Shown piece after piece: positions 1 to 11,533 of a stretch of DNA of 64,000 nt. Origin of the DNA: Lama guanicoe (lineage: Eukaryota); NCBI GenBank assembly GCA_013239625.1, contig MU054117.1, forward strand, positions 3,150,677 through 3,214,676, given 5' to 3'. Numbering within the stretch: the stretch's first letter is position 1; every line of letters begins with the position of its first letter. The notes under the pieces were generated by a model, which saw only the letters and a program-made list of their open reading frames with translations, had not been told where the DNA came from and did not search any database. The position numbers were made by a program, and so were the translations under genes.

Positions 1-80
1 GCATCTTCTCTTCCCCACCCGCATCTTCTCTTCCCCACCAGCATCTTCTCTTCCCCACCCGCATCTTCTCTTCCCAACCA
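1..80. repeat. 20-bp tandem repeat (GCATCTTCTCTTCCCCACCM) x4, possibly truncated by the window start
   Basis: Units at 1, 21, 41 and 61 differ by only 1-2 nt. Confidence 0.95.
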
Positions 81-89
81 TCATCCTAA

Positions 90-632
90 CCTAGGTTTCC
101 ATCATCTCTCATCTCCCACCCTATCTCCTCCATCCCACTCTGTCTCCCCCTCCTCTACCTCAGTTAACTCATGCCCCATGCCTCAGGTGGTAATATTGTA
201 AAAATGAAAACTGGAACATCTTCCTCTTAAAACCCTTCAGTGGTTCCCCATGGCCCTCAGGATCAAGACCAAAATCTCTAACCTGTTCTCCAAGGCCCTG
301 CAGCACCCCGGCCCCCCTCCCCTCTCCGCTCTCCCAGCCGCGCTGGCTTTCTCTGGCTCCTTCAGCGTGAGGGAGCCTTCCCGTCACAGGGCTGGTGCAC
401 ACACCAGCAGGGCCCTCCTGCAGCGTTCAGATCAGTTTGTAATCATATGTGTATGGTTGTTTGATCAGCAGCTGTTTAATTGGGGTGACTGGTGGTTGTA
501 TCAGTCTTTCTCCCTTGAATGGTAAGCTCTCTGAAGACCAAGACCAGAGTCAGTTTTGCTCCCTATTCTGGTTCCTGTGCTGGACAGAGCGCCTGGCACA
601 CAGTAGATGGTTAATAAATGTTTGCTGAGTAG
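90..632 (+). mobile_element. L2 LINE 3' fragment
   Basis: L2-type text CTTAAAACCCTTCAGTGGTTCCCCATGGCCCTCAGGATCAAGACCAAA and L2 3' end GCGCCTGGCACACAGTAGATGGTTAATAAATGTTTGCTGA. Confidence 0.8.
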
Positions 633-1494
633 GTAAAGGAATAACCTAATGGAGCCAGTTCATCTCACAGATGCTTCAAGCTCAAAAGCACTGGGGCCAG
701 ATGAGGCACCCAGGGCTTGGAAGGGCAGTGACCTGACAGAGATGACATGGTTTAGCCATCGGGAAGCTGGGACATGGTTCTGAGTATGACCTCCTCTCCT
801 CTTCACGTCATTTTGACTCAGCCATTTGGTGGTGGTGGTGGCGGTGGTGTGTGTGTGTTTATTCAGTGGAGCTGATGGCAGAGCCAACTTCCAGATCACA
901 GCCAAAGAAACAGCACTCAGAAAGGTCTCCTGTCATGTGTCACACTTCCTTGCTGTAGCATCTTTCTCTTTTAGAAATAAGCACAGCTGGTTCCCAGACC
1001 TCATTGCTAATCCAAAGAAACTACAGTATAAAAAAAAAGAAAAAGAGAAAAAAACCTTCCATGTTTGAGAATGCATTTTTCAGTCCAATTAAAAATACAG
1101 GCTGAGCCTACTGCATACCAGAACAGACACTGAAATCATAAATATCAGAGTAGAGGACCAAACATTTTAATTAAATGGACACAGTGGACTCTGCTGTGTG
1201 GCAGACAAGGCTGTAGCTGGTGGTCTCAAGGTCACACTTATCAGGAAGCTCTGGAAAGGAGCTCTCCTGTTTACCCTCATGCTGCTGGGCTCGTCATAAC
1301 AGGTGCTCCATAAATATTTGTAGAAGAAATAAGTGAGTGGAACTTTCACTGGGCCGGAAAGAGTCCCTGACGGCAGAAGGAAGCCCATAGCACCCAAAGT
1401 GCCCTAGCCATCTGTTCTAGTATTCGTTTGCTTCCCTTGGAAGGCCCATGATTTCACAGTACAATTGCTTAACAGAAGCAGATCAGAGGTGGAT

Positions 1495-1592
1495 TTGGTT
1501 ACCGCTTGGCTCTTTGAATGTAGGTAACTTCCCTAACCTGTTTGAGCTTCCACAGCCTCACCTGTTAAATGGGTACAGTGATTCCTTCCTCT
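1495..1592 (+). mobile_element. MIR fragment
   Basis: MIR core-like GGTAACTTCCCTAACCTGTTTGAGC...CTCACCTGTTAAATGGG. Confidence 0.6.
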
Positions 1593-1609
1593 CCTGAAGA
1601 ACATTTTTT

Positions 1610-2170
1610 CAATGAATTCAGCCCAGTACTTAGAGTGGCACAGGCACTGTGCTAGGCACCGCAGATATGGTACAAACAAACAAGCAAGCGAGCAAACAAA
1701 AACCAACAGAACTGGCCTCTGTCCTTTCTAGTGGAGGCGATCTTAAGAAAATAAATAGAAATAAATATACAAAATTACAGTTTTGGGGGTGTGCTATGAT
1801 GGAAAATCACAGGGTACTTACTGTAAGAGAGAACAGCAGTGGGACCAACTCAGATCAGGATGCAGGGAAGGCCCAAGAAAGTGCCATTGATGCTGGGACC
1901 TGAAGGGTGAATTAGGAGTTGGCCAAGGGGGAGGTTGGGGTTGTAGTAAAGGGAACAGCACGTGCAAAGGCCCTGAGGCAGGAAAGAACTGGGGGACCGG
2001 GGAGTCGGGATTGCAAGCAGTCCAGGAGAGACTGACAGAGATAAGGCTGGGGAGGGAGAGAGGCAGATGATTCTCAAAAGGTTTTAAGGAAGGGAATGGC
2101 TTGATTCTGTGTTAAGAAAAGCCCTTGGGTTGCCGGGCTGCCGGGTGGAAAATGGTTTGGGATTGAGAAC
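1610..2170 (-). mobile_element. L2 LINE fragment
   Basis: CAGGCACTGTGCTAGGCAC...GGGAACAGCACGTGCAAAGGCCCTGAGGCAGGAAAG, typical of antisense L2. Confidence 0.8.
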
Positions 2171-2775
2171 AGGAATCAAACCTCAATGTTCCTCTGGGTG
2201 TTGACTTTTATAAAAACCAGAATCTTAGGGGCGATCGGGGCCCAAACCTCTCATTTTAAAGATGGCAAAAAACGAGAACCACAGCTGTGAAGAGACAGCC
2301 AGGCTTCCTCGTATTTATTTAGCTGTGAACAGTGACTCTGATACCTCTTTCCAGCACTTCCTGCACCCGTTATGGGTCTGTGGCTCTTTTAGTGCCTTCT
2401 GCAACTGGGGGAGAATTAACTGACGGGCGCTGGGGCTCCGGGGTAGCCAGGAACGGGACTGTCCGGGGGTTCCCAGGAACGGGCTGCCAGGGATGGGTTC
2501 CCAGGGATGCGCCCCGAGCCGGCCCCCGAGCTCCTGGCAGCTCCCAGCAGCTCACGCGCTGCAGTGTAAGCTTGGGGCTCAAGGCCCTGAGGCCGCCTCC
2601 CTCAGAGGCGGCTCAGCCCTTACTCTTCACTTCCCTCCGGGGCCCTACCTGCCTAAACACACGGCCGGAGCCTCCCGGCTTCGCCCACGCGCTTCGCCCC
2701 CGCCCGCGGGACAGGAAACTAGCGGGGACAACCACCCGCCGCGCCTCCCGCGGACCCCGCGGCCCGGATAGCAAC

Positions 2776-2920
2776 CGGCTAAGCGGCGCTGCGATTGGCT
2801 GGCTCGGCTAAGCGGCGCTGCGGTTGGCTGCGCCCGGCTAGCGGCGCTGCGATTGGCTGACCCGGCCCAGCGGTGCCCCGATTGGCTGGCCCGGCAAAGC
2901 AGCGCGGCGCTCGCCCAATC
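2776..2920. promoter_or_regulatory. Tandem ~29-bp repeat carrying CCAAT (NF-Y) boxes
   Basis: ATTGG at 2794, GTTGG at 2823, ATTGG at 2852 and 2881 (29-bp spacing each time), plus an inverted CCAAT at 2915; unit approximately CGGCTAAGCGGCGCTGCGATTGGCTGGCT. Confidence 0.85.
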
Positions 2921-2968
2921 GCGGGCCGGGCCGGGCGGCCGCCGGGCCTGGCGGCGGGGCCGCGGGGA

Positions 2969-3108
2969 NNNNNNNNNNNNNNNNNNNNNNNNNNNNNNNN
3001 NNNNNNNNNNNNNNNNNNNNNNNNNNNNNNNNNNNNNNNNNNNNNNNNNNNNNNNNNNNNNNNNNNNNNNNNNNNNNNNNNNNNNNNNNNNNNNNNNNNN
3101 NNNNNNNN
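2969..3108. other. Assembly gap within the CpG island
   Basis: Run of N. Confidence 1.
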
Positions 3109-3529
3109 TTTTTTTTCCCAACAATTCAAAAGGGATAATCCACTGAATGGGGAAAGGCATTCGGACCGGTCCCCGGCTCCTCTGGCAGTGCTGGGGGCCA
3201 GGCACCCCACCCCGGGCGGCGCCCCCGCCGTGCGGGGCCCCAGGAGCTGGTGGTCAGCAGGGTTGGGGAGCCTCCCTCCCCTCCCCGCGCCCCCACCCCG
3301 GTCTCCAGCAGGGCGCACAGTGCGGGGCGCCCCGACGGCAGTGTGAACAGTGCCCCCTGGAGTTGTGCGGCGCATCTCCCGCAGCGTGGGAAATGCCTGA
3401 CCGCCTCTTCGCGGTCCTGCCTTGGCCCATCTCACTGTGGGTCATCTCCACACTACTCTAAGCATCGGCAGAGTCAAAGGCAGCCGTCAAGGAAGTGAAC
3501 TGGTCTGGAAGGGTGGACACGTGGGGTGC

Positions 3530-3655
3530 TCTCCTAGCTCGCATTCCCTAATTGCTTGGGCAAGTCAGTTCTGCACCCCAGGCCTCAGTTTCCACATCTG
3601 CAGGATGAAGCCGTTGTTCCAGAAGGGGCCTTCCAGGGGCGTTGGAGTCCTATGA
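3530..3655 (+). mobile_element. MIR fragment
   Basis: TTGGGCAAGTCAGTTCTGCACCCCAGGCCTCAGTTTCCACATCTGCAGGATG (MIR core). Confidence 0.75.
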
Positions 3656-5094
3656 GCGTAGCTGCGCCAGGCCATCGCTGCAGCCTGCTCTGGCAGCCTG
3701 CGCGCTTGGGGTGGACCAGCCCTGGTGCTCGCCGCCAGCTCCAGCAGGACTCCACAGACGCTTCCCTAGCGGGCCCGGCTTTTCCTCCCCATATGTCATC
3801 TCAGAGACTCGCAGCAGACAGGGCTGGGAGCACAGAGTGGGGGAAAGGACCAAAAAAGGCCGAGGGCTGAGGGAAATGAGCAGAAACTGGAGGGATTTAT
3901 GTGCGATTTGATTTTAAATGAATGTCTTGTGCAAAAGAAGAGGCAACTTGGCACCTGTTGCTGGTGAGTTAATAGCTGAGGCACTCTTCGGCAATAGGGA
4001 TACGGTGCTGTGAAGACCAGATTAGCTCATGTGGCCGCGGAGCTTTTAAGGTTGACCAGAGCGGGGCCGTGGAGTCTGTGCCCGGAATCTTTCAACAATC
4101 TGGTGGGCACCACACTGCTTCACTGAGGGCCTTTGAAATCCCAGCCATGTAAAACCATGGAAGCCCTCGGAACCCACGAGAACGTGGGAGTGCTGGAGAC
4201 TTGTGTCGGGGAAGCCCCGTGTGATAAAAGAGCCTCCCACACTGCTGCTAGCTCAGGGTGTGACCTTGGACAGGTCACTTGCTGCGGTAGTCTCCTTCTT
4301 ATTTGCTGCAGGAGGAGGTGTCAGACTAATGGACCTCTTAAAGCCCCCTCCAGCTCTGACAGTCCATAAATTAAATGGAACACTGTGTGGATCATTGCTT
4401 TGAAAATCATAGAGCAGGGGGGGGGGTCTTTTGGTTGTTACCTTTATGTGGATGGAGGTGACCTGAGAGTTCACTAAGCTCTGTGACTGGTTGTCAGTCA
4501 GGCCTTCTGCGGCCTACAGTCTGAGGTGGCCACAGGACCTTTGTTTAGCATCAGGGTTTGCTGTGGCCTGGGAATCACTCTTTATTCTGTTCCTCTTGTC
4601 GGCCCCTCCCCTGCTTCTGCAGCCTGAGCCTGTGTTCTCACTCTGCCTTGGTTTCTCCATCTCCCCTTGCCTCTTCCATTCTCCTGTGATTCCAATGAAT
4701 CGTGTGGTGAATTTGCCAAGCTGGGATGCCCTGGATCAGAACTGCCAGTCTGGAGGAAGGGATACTGGAACCCAGCTGGCTTGCCACCACGAACTTGGAC
4801 CGTATCTCTTTCTCCTGATCTGATCTCCCCCTTTTCCTGGTGGCTCTGAACTTCACAGAGACGGGGTGGTGGAGGTGGGCAAGGGGTAGTTTGAAGAGAG
4901 AGAAAGAAGAAGGCAAGGGCCCATCATAAAGGAAAGGAAAAGACAAAAAATGTTTTTTTTCTTTTAAAATTATTCCTACAAATTCGCAAATAGAAAAGAA
5001 CATCTCCGGTATGTTAAGGAGGGGCGGATGATCCCTGCGTGCTATGCCAAAGGGGCCTTCCTCGAGCCCGTGGGAGCCGGGTGGAGATCTTGGC

Positions 5095-5440
5095 TCTGCC
5101 TGGGCAGGTCAGAGCAGTCTCCAGAGGAGGTGACATCTAGGATGCTTCTTAGTGATGGAGAGGAATTTTTTCTGCAGCCAGAAGCACGTCTAGGCTGGGG
5201 GTGGGCACGAGCAAGGCAGAGCTGGGACAGTGTGTGGTGGGTGTGGGTCGCCTACAAAAGGCAGGTGCCAGGTGTGTGGAGAGTACAAGGTGCTTGGGTG
5301 AAGAGCGCAGAAGGGAAATGGAAGAGAAAGACCATTCTTCTCTGGTGTGTTAAGGAATTTGGACTTTATTTGGCAGGAAATGGAAGCAGTCACGGACTTT
5401 CCAATCGGTAGGAGAGATCCGTGGGGAAGACCACAGTTGA
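5095..5440 (-). mobile_element. L2 fragment
   Basis: GGTGTGTTAAGGAATTTGGACTTTATTTGGCAGGAAATGGAAGC, antisense L2-like. Confidence 0.6.
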
Positions 5441-6689
5441 AACTTCAGGTCATTCAGTGAAATGCAGATCATGAAACGCACTTTGGAAATGGAGTGGATG
5501 AGGGTAGAATGGAACGGAAACTAGAAAGTCCCATGCCATGAAATCTGTGTATCTGTGTGTGCTTGTGTGCTCCAGGTCATACTATAAAAGTCATGCTGAA
5601 ATCCACTGGATTTGCAGACCTTCCTGGCTGCCTCAGGGACGGTGGGCTGGAGGTGAGGGTCAGTCCGTTTATGCAGCCACAGTGACCTGCCTGCCCTTCA
5701 AGTTCTGGAGAAGAAAATTGCTTCACTTTTGAAGGGAGTAGCTGATCTCATCCAATTCCTCCTTCACAGAGGAAAGATGATAACATCGGCCCTGCAGAAG
5801 AATGGAGGGGGCTGTTGAAGCCTTTGGTGGCTTGCTGCCTGGCAGGGCACTTGCTTAACAGAATGCACAGTAGGGCCAGTGGCTGCTATCTCTGCCCCAG
5901 ACCCGCGTGGGCCTGGCACAAATCATGATACGGTGACCAAAATATCACGGCATTTTCCCATTCTTCCAATGAAACATTGCACACTTACCGTAACCAGCGT
6001 CTGGGGCCAGTGGATGTGTCCAGTTACACCATGTGATGGGTGTCCGGGTACCAGTTCAGCAAGGATGGGAGACCTCATTCCCCCAATGTGAGTAATGGCC
6101 TTACATGTAAAGCACTTAAGAAGGCCATTTCATAATGTCTGTGGTCAGTAATACCAGTGTCTTAACAGACCTGCGTGTGTCTGGGAGCCCTTGGGGGAGA
6201 CGGAGTTCCTAATTGATACAGTCGTGGCACATCTCCCTTCTGCTGACTTCAGAAACACCAGAGCCACTGCTGCCGTGTGCCCAAGACAGGCCCGTGGCCT
6301 TAAGACTGGTTCTGAGAGTCCGTGTTTGCCCTTCCTCCAGCAGCTTTACGCGCAGGAGGGGCTCGCCTCCTTCCCAGAGTCCAGCCACGTGGAGAAGGCC
6401 GCTCCCTTGCTGTAATACAGCGTGGTCCAGGCGCCCGACTCTTGTGGCTGTGATTCCGTAGTGCACACACCCATACCCCTCTCTCCTCACCCCAACCCAA
6501 GCCGGTGCGTGTGGGGCAGAAAACAGTTCATTTGTACAGCTTCTTGGTTGCACCTTCAGGGTAAACACACCACAGCTCTCTTGGACTCCATCAACCTTGC
6601 AGCGCCTTCCTATCTGATATGGGATTTTTCAGTCCCTTCTTCCAAACTGATACGTAATCTTTCACAGCAAGAGCAACCTGTCACAGTCG

Positions 6690-6882
6690 GGACACCGCTG
6701 TGTGCCAAGTCCTCTACTGGGCACTTGATGTATTCAGCAAAATTCCAGGAGATATTTTGACCTCTCTCTTACAGATAAAGGCACTAAGACTTGGATAGTG
6801 TTTAAAACCTCACATCTAGTTAGTGATCAGTTGAGTCTCAAAGCCCAGTTTCTGAAGCCTGCAACCTATGCTCTGACCTCTG
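6690..6882 (-). mobile_element. MIR
   Basis: TGTGTGCCAAG...TTACAGATAAAGGCACTAAGACTT, antisense MIR. Confidence 0.7.
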
Positions 6883-8774
6883 AGATAGACCGTGTCCCCT
6901 GATTCTTTTCAATACCTTCGTTGCACAAGAGCTGGGAACACCTTTCTCTCTCTCTTTCATTCCATCTTGGGAAAACCGTGAACACCCACTGACCTCCTTC
7001 AGAGAGATGGTCTAAATGGAACCTATCTGTGCACTGGGACTCAGACAGAGGAAGAGTTTACAAAAGTCATATGTCCAGACTCCTGCCTCTTGACAGAGTC
7101 CCTTGGCTATGAGAGAAAGGACGGTTCTCAGCATCAGAGAGAAGAGAGGGAAGGAATGTGCCCCAAATCACACGGTTCCTGATTCTGATCTAAATAAACT
7201 TGAACTCTAAGCCCGCTGTGTGCAGCGCTGCACCCCACCCTACACTCCTCTCTTCACCGCTTAATTCACTCCTTATTCACAGTTTTGCCCTCTGCCCCCA
7301 CCTTCCTCAAGACATCATGGCTGTGCCAGAGACACCAATCAGTCGTTCCCCAAATATTGGAGTGGGTCTACACCAACCACCTTCGATGTGAATAACCCTG
7401 CTCTTGGCAGAGAAATAACTAGCCCAGGCTTAGGCATCAGCCCTTCGACATCCAGGAATGAGATCAGAGGTGGCCAGACGCACAGGGAGCCTACGACAGG
7501 GGAAAGTGTGCGTGTCCACTAGCACCGAACTGGAAGACAGACGGTCCTCTGGGCCAGCCTGACCTAATGGCTGGGACCTTGTGCTGTACACCAGTGACTG
7601 ACACATTCTAACTGTCGGTGCTTCAATTAAAAAGGTTTTTATTTTTATTATTTTTAAAACTTGAAGAACACTTTACATTTAATAGAGGAGGAAATTGTAA
7701 CTCATGATATTAGGGGTTTAGGCCAAGGTCATACAGTTAGAAGCGGATGGAACTGGACCCTTAACCTGAGACTTTTATCAAGTACGTGACTTTCACCAGG
7801 GCAAGGGTGGCGCCAGACATCCAAGATACAGTCCTTCCATCCTTAACTGAAGGTCATCTGTATCCCTGAAACCTCAAGTCTTACTTGCCAGAGCCCTTCC
7901 CGATTCTGACTGTGACTGTAACAAGATATGGGGCTGCCTCTCTGTTTTTGCAGACAGAGGAGCAGAGCAGAGAGGTGGATGGTTTCTGTCCATGTTGATT
8001 CCGGGACCCTGCTGAAATCAGAGTGGAATCCCCAACCTTCAGAAGCTTTCTGCACACATAAACAGAAATTGCTACTTTCACATGTGTATGCTTCGAGTGG
8101 AAAATATTAGAGACCTTTGTCACTTTTCCATAATATTTTTGGAATACAGGAGCCCTCTGGTGGCCAAAACAGCAGGAAGGTGTCCTTGAGAAAGGCGGGC
8201 CACTGCGTCCTGCCAGGGCTCCCCTCGGTGAGCTCGGCCTTCCTTGTGAGGTCACTGCTTTGCCATTTAGCCTTTTTCTCACTGTTTTCATGGAAAGTCG
8301 TTTGCTTTTTGCACATTCTCCCTTCTCCTTTCCCCCTCAAGTTCCTCTCTGCACCGTCCCGCGCAAGCCCAGCTGTCACCCCAGCGAGCCCTAGAACCTC
8401 TCCTCCCTGCGGTCTTTGGCCTCAGAGGGCCCCTTCTGAAATCTGGCTGGTTCCCCAGTGGCAGGTGCCGAGTGACAGCTGCTGCTTCAGTCGCGTGGAA
8501 TTCGAGGCCCTAGTGGGTGTTTTGAGCCCGCAGACGGATTAACTAATGATGCCTGCATATCAACAGGCATTTGCAGGGTCTCATTCAGCGCACGGGGGAT
8601 GCTGATCGCCACCCAGAACCAAGCTGTCTCAGAAGAGCAGGTGACCTTCCTTCCCTGGTACCCAGGGGACTGACCGCACATCACCTGGTCCCGGGGGCTG
8701 GCCAGTCAGAGCTCGGCCGTTCTGGGCTTCCACGTACAGCTCTGTGTTGTGCGGAAGTCTGCTTTCTTCATTAG

Positions 8775-8800
8775 AGTCTGCATGGAGCCACCTGGCTTCT
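8775..8800 (+). other. Candidate 26-nt micro-exon
   Basis: Acceptor CTGCTTTCTTCATTAG| and donor TCT|GTAAGT; no transcript evidence. Confidence 0.3.
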
Positions 8801-9563
8801 GTAAGTCTCTGCCACACAACAGCAAGCAAAGACCCACAAAATAGCCACTGCACATGTGGACGGTGGGGACGACCACCGAGCCGAGGCACGAGCTGTAGTG
8901 GTGGCTTCAGTGGGCTTCAAGGGGCCACAGAAGGGGAATGGAGGCTAAGCTGGGACGAGGCAGGGGTTCTGGCCGTGATTTTAGACACAATCACTCTGGC
9001 TTTCAGTGTAATAAGGAGATGGGGGTGTTTTATCACTTAGAAAGCGCATTGGGCCCTCAGGAATAAGAGCTCCCGTAAAATGAGCAGGTGACTTGATTAC
9101 ACAGAGATGCTAACAATGAGTGGCTTAGCCATAGGGCAGTGAGTTGCGCCGGTTCATAACCTGCCCTCTGGAAACCATCAGAACAGCCTGCCAGAGGCTC
9201 CAGAATATACGGCAGCAGGATGGATGGCCAGGGCCGAGCCTAGAAGCAGTGTTTCTAGGCTGATTAGAGAAGGGGAAGCAAGAACGGGGCTCTGGAGGGT
9301 CATAAAGTCTGGAAAGTGGCAGGTTTCCACAGCCTGCAGAAGAAACGGCCTAGAGGGTGGGAGGGTTACACAGGATGGAGTCAGTATGGTCCAACTCAGT
9401 GAGGGGCATGCGGTGGCTACAGAAAGCAGCTAGGTTTCTCCTTCCACTACCTCCGTGGTGAAAGGGGGTGGCCACGACAAGTTTAGGTGCCCAGTGATGA
9501 GGGTTAGGGCAGTATCGGAAAGTGTCCCCTGGGAGGCTGCAGAATTCTCTTCTCTCCTTCTAG

Positions 9564-9672
9564 GAGAAAGAGGATGGTACTGTGAATGAAAAATATTGCC
9601 AACCACATCGGTACACAAAGGACGCTGTGGCCATCGAGTCACCTGCTGCCACTGCCACCGCCACCCCCAATA
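9564..9672 (+). other. Candidate internal exon (109 nt)
   Basis: Strong acceptor TTCTCTTCTCTCCTTCTAG| and donor ATA|GTGAGT; alternative donor AAG|GTGAAC near 9795. Confidence 0.35.
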
Positions 9673-11239
9673 GTGAGTGGAGGGAACTCAGGATGCAGAC
9701 ATGCAGGCATCCAGGCCTCTGCTGCCACCCCCAGCGGTGCCCCTGAGGGGACTCAGGATATGGAAGAAAAGGACACTGGCCCTGGAGAGCTAAGGTGAAC
9801 ATCACAGGCATGATTTCAATGGGCCAGACTCTTCCACCTTCCGTACGCAGAAAACCGCTGAATTCCTGAACACAAGATGTCTGGGTTTCTTTGATTAACA
9901 GTCATCTTTTGACGTTCCAGTGACCTGGTCTTTGTTGCAAAAACGCCAATATATGCTGGCTTCTTCCTTGCCTGGGTGGAGCAGCCTCTTACAGTGATCT
10001 GAGAGGCTGCACCCCGGGCTCGGGTCCTCGGGAAGTCTGCGGAGTGGAACACAAACCTCAGCCTGGAGGCCGGGCCGCGCACTTTATTCCAGTCCCCGCG
10101 CTTCAAGACTGAGAGGCGTGGAGAAGAGGCTGGCGCGGTTGGTTCTCCTTCCGGTACTCCTCCTGTTTGGGAGCCAGCTGTGCAGCCTGTTTTTCACCTC
10201 CCTTCCCGTGCTGAAAACCAGTCGCGGCCCGGGATGAGGGGAAGACGGAAGGCCAGCCCACCAGCCTCAGGCTTGAAGCTGGAGGTTGGGGCTGAGCCGT
10301 CAAAACCCGTAGAAAACTGCTCCTCGCCCCCACGAGGCGCTGGGAGAACTCCCTTCCTCGCGACGGGGCGAGATGTGCGCTTTTCTATGAAAATGTTCCT
10401 GCCAGTGGGCAGTGCAGGCTGGGAGGTTCGGGCACGGAGCCCAGGCTTTTGTGAAGGGTGAGATTCCTCCGCTGTCATAAGTGTCAGTGGGAGGGGAAAC
10501 AGGTGGTGAATCCCTGCTTCCCTTCCACAAATATTTTAAGTGGATCGTAACCCGCTCTGTCCTCCCAACCAGTGAGTCCTCACAGCATTTTCATGCTTGC
10601 AGCTGAGAATGCCAGGAGCTTCCTTTCCAAACCAAATGGGCACATCACTCTGCGGGAGGCTGCTGATGTTTGGGGGTAAATAGACTTGGATTCCAGGAGG
10701 CTGGCTTGGGTCCTAACTCCCTCCCTGGATAACTGATGAAGAAGCAGGTCGGAACCCCTAGGCTTGAGGGACTGATGGGTTGTCAGTGGAAACGTGTCTT
10801 GTTTGATTCCGGTAACCGAGTCCTAGCACACGGGAGTTACCTTTCGCCAGACAGGTGAGGTGGGAAGTCTTGGCAGCAGCTCCGGGCGAAACCAGGAGGA
10901 CGTGATGAGGCCGACTGAGATAAGGCGTCACTGGTTTCTGATGGGGGGGTGTGCGTCAGAGGAGCAGGGCCTGGGGGAGCCTTTTCCTGGAGGGGGAAGT
11001 GAGGTCCAAGGGGGCGGATCCCATGGCCTGCTCAGAGAAGGGAGATGCTCTGAAGTAGAGAAGGGTATGAAGTGAGGAGACGCTATCTGAGGGTCTTTGA
11101 AAGCCGTCAGGTCTTGTAGAGATCAAGGCAGGCGGTGAAGCTGATTCCGTGAGCACTGGGTGGTTCCGCGCACACCTAGACGGAGGGGAGAGAATTCTGG
11201 AACTCAAAACTGCCAGGTCTCTGAAAGGTCTCTCGGTAC

Positions 11240-11358
11240 TTTTTAATTTCATTTCATTTATTTCATTTCATTTTTTTGTGGAGGTACTGGAGATAGAACC
11301 CAGGACCTCTGTGCATGCTGACCACGCACTCTACCACTGAGTTGTTATCCACCGCCCC
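11240..11358 (-). mobile_element. tRNA(Ala)-derived camelid SINE (vic-1-like)
   Basis: Reverse complement GGGG...AACTCAGTGGTAGAGTGCG...GCATGCACAGAGGTCCTGGGTTCTATCTCCAGTACCTCCA (Pol III A and B boxes) followed by an A-rich tail. Confidence 0.85.
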
Positions 11359-11376
11359 TCATACTTTGTTTTATAG

Positions 11377-11533
11377 AATAAAGAAGCAACATGGATATAT
11401 TGCACACCACAGGGAAATACAGCCATTATTTTGTAATACCTTTTAATAGAGTATAGTCTATAACAATCTTGTATCAATATGCTGTCCACCTGAAGCTAAC
11501 ATAATGTTGTAAATCAACTATGCTTCAGTGAAA
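11377..11533 (+). mobile_element. L1 3'-end fragment
   Basis: CACAGGGAAATACAGCCATT...GCTGTCCACCTGAAGCTAACATAATGTTGTAAATCAACTATGCTTCA. Confidence 0.8.

Larger units (their letters stand above)
2440..3430. promoter_or_regulatory. CpG-island promoter; gene not identified, probable TSS/exon 1 inside the gap
   Basis: Very high GC and CpG density, GC boxes, ETS-like ACAGGAAA at 2711, multiple CCAAT boxes; GC content peaks at the gap edge. Confidence 0.85.

Noticed and set aside
1-80. CRISPR-like array (also 2776-2895)
   Set aside because: Head-to-tail repeats without unique spacers in mammalian DNA
8530-8560. MIAT/Gomafu-type TACTAAC repeat lncRNA
   Set aside because: Only a single branch-point-like ACTAAT here; I saw no tandem TACTAAC array in the window
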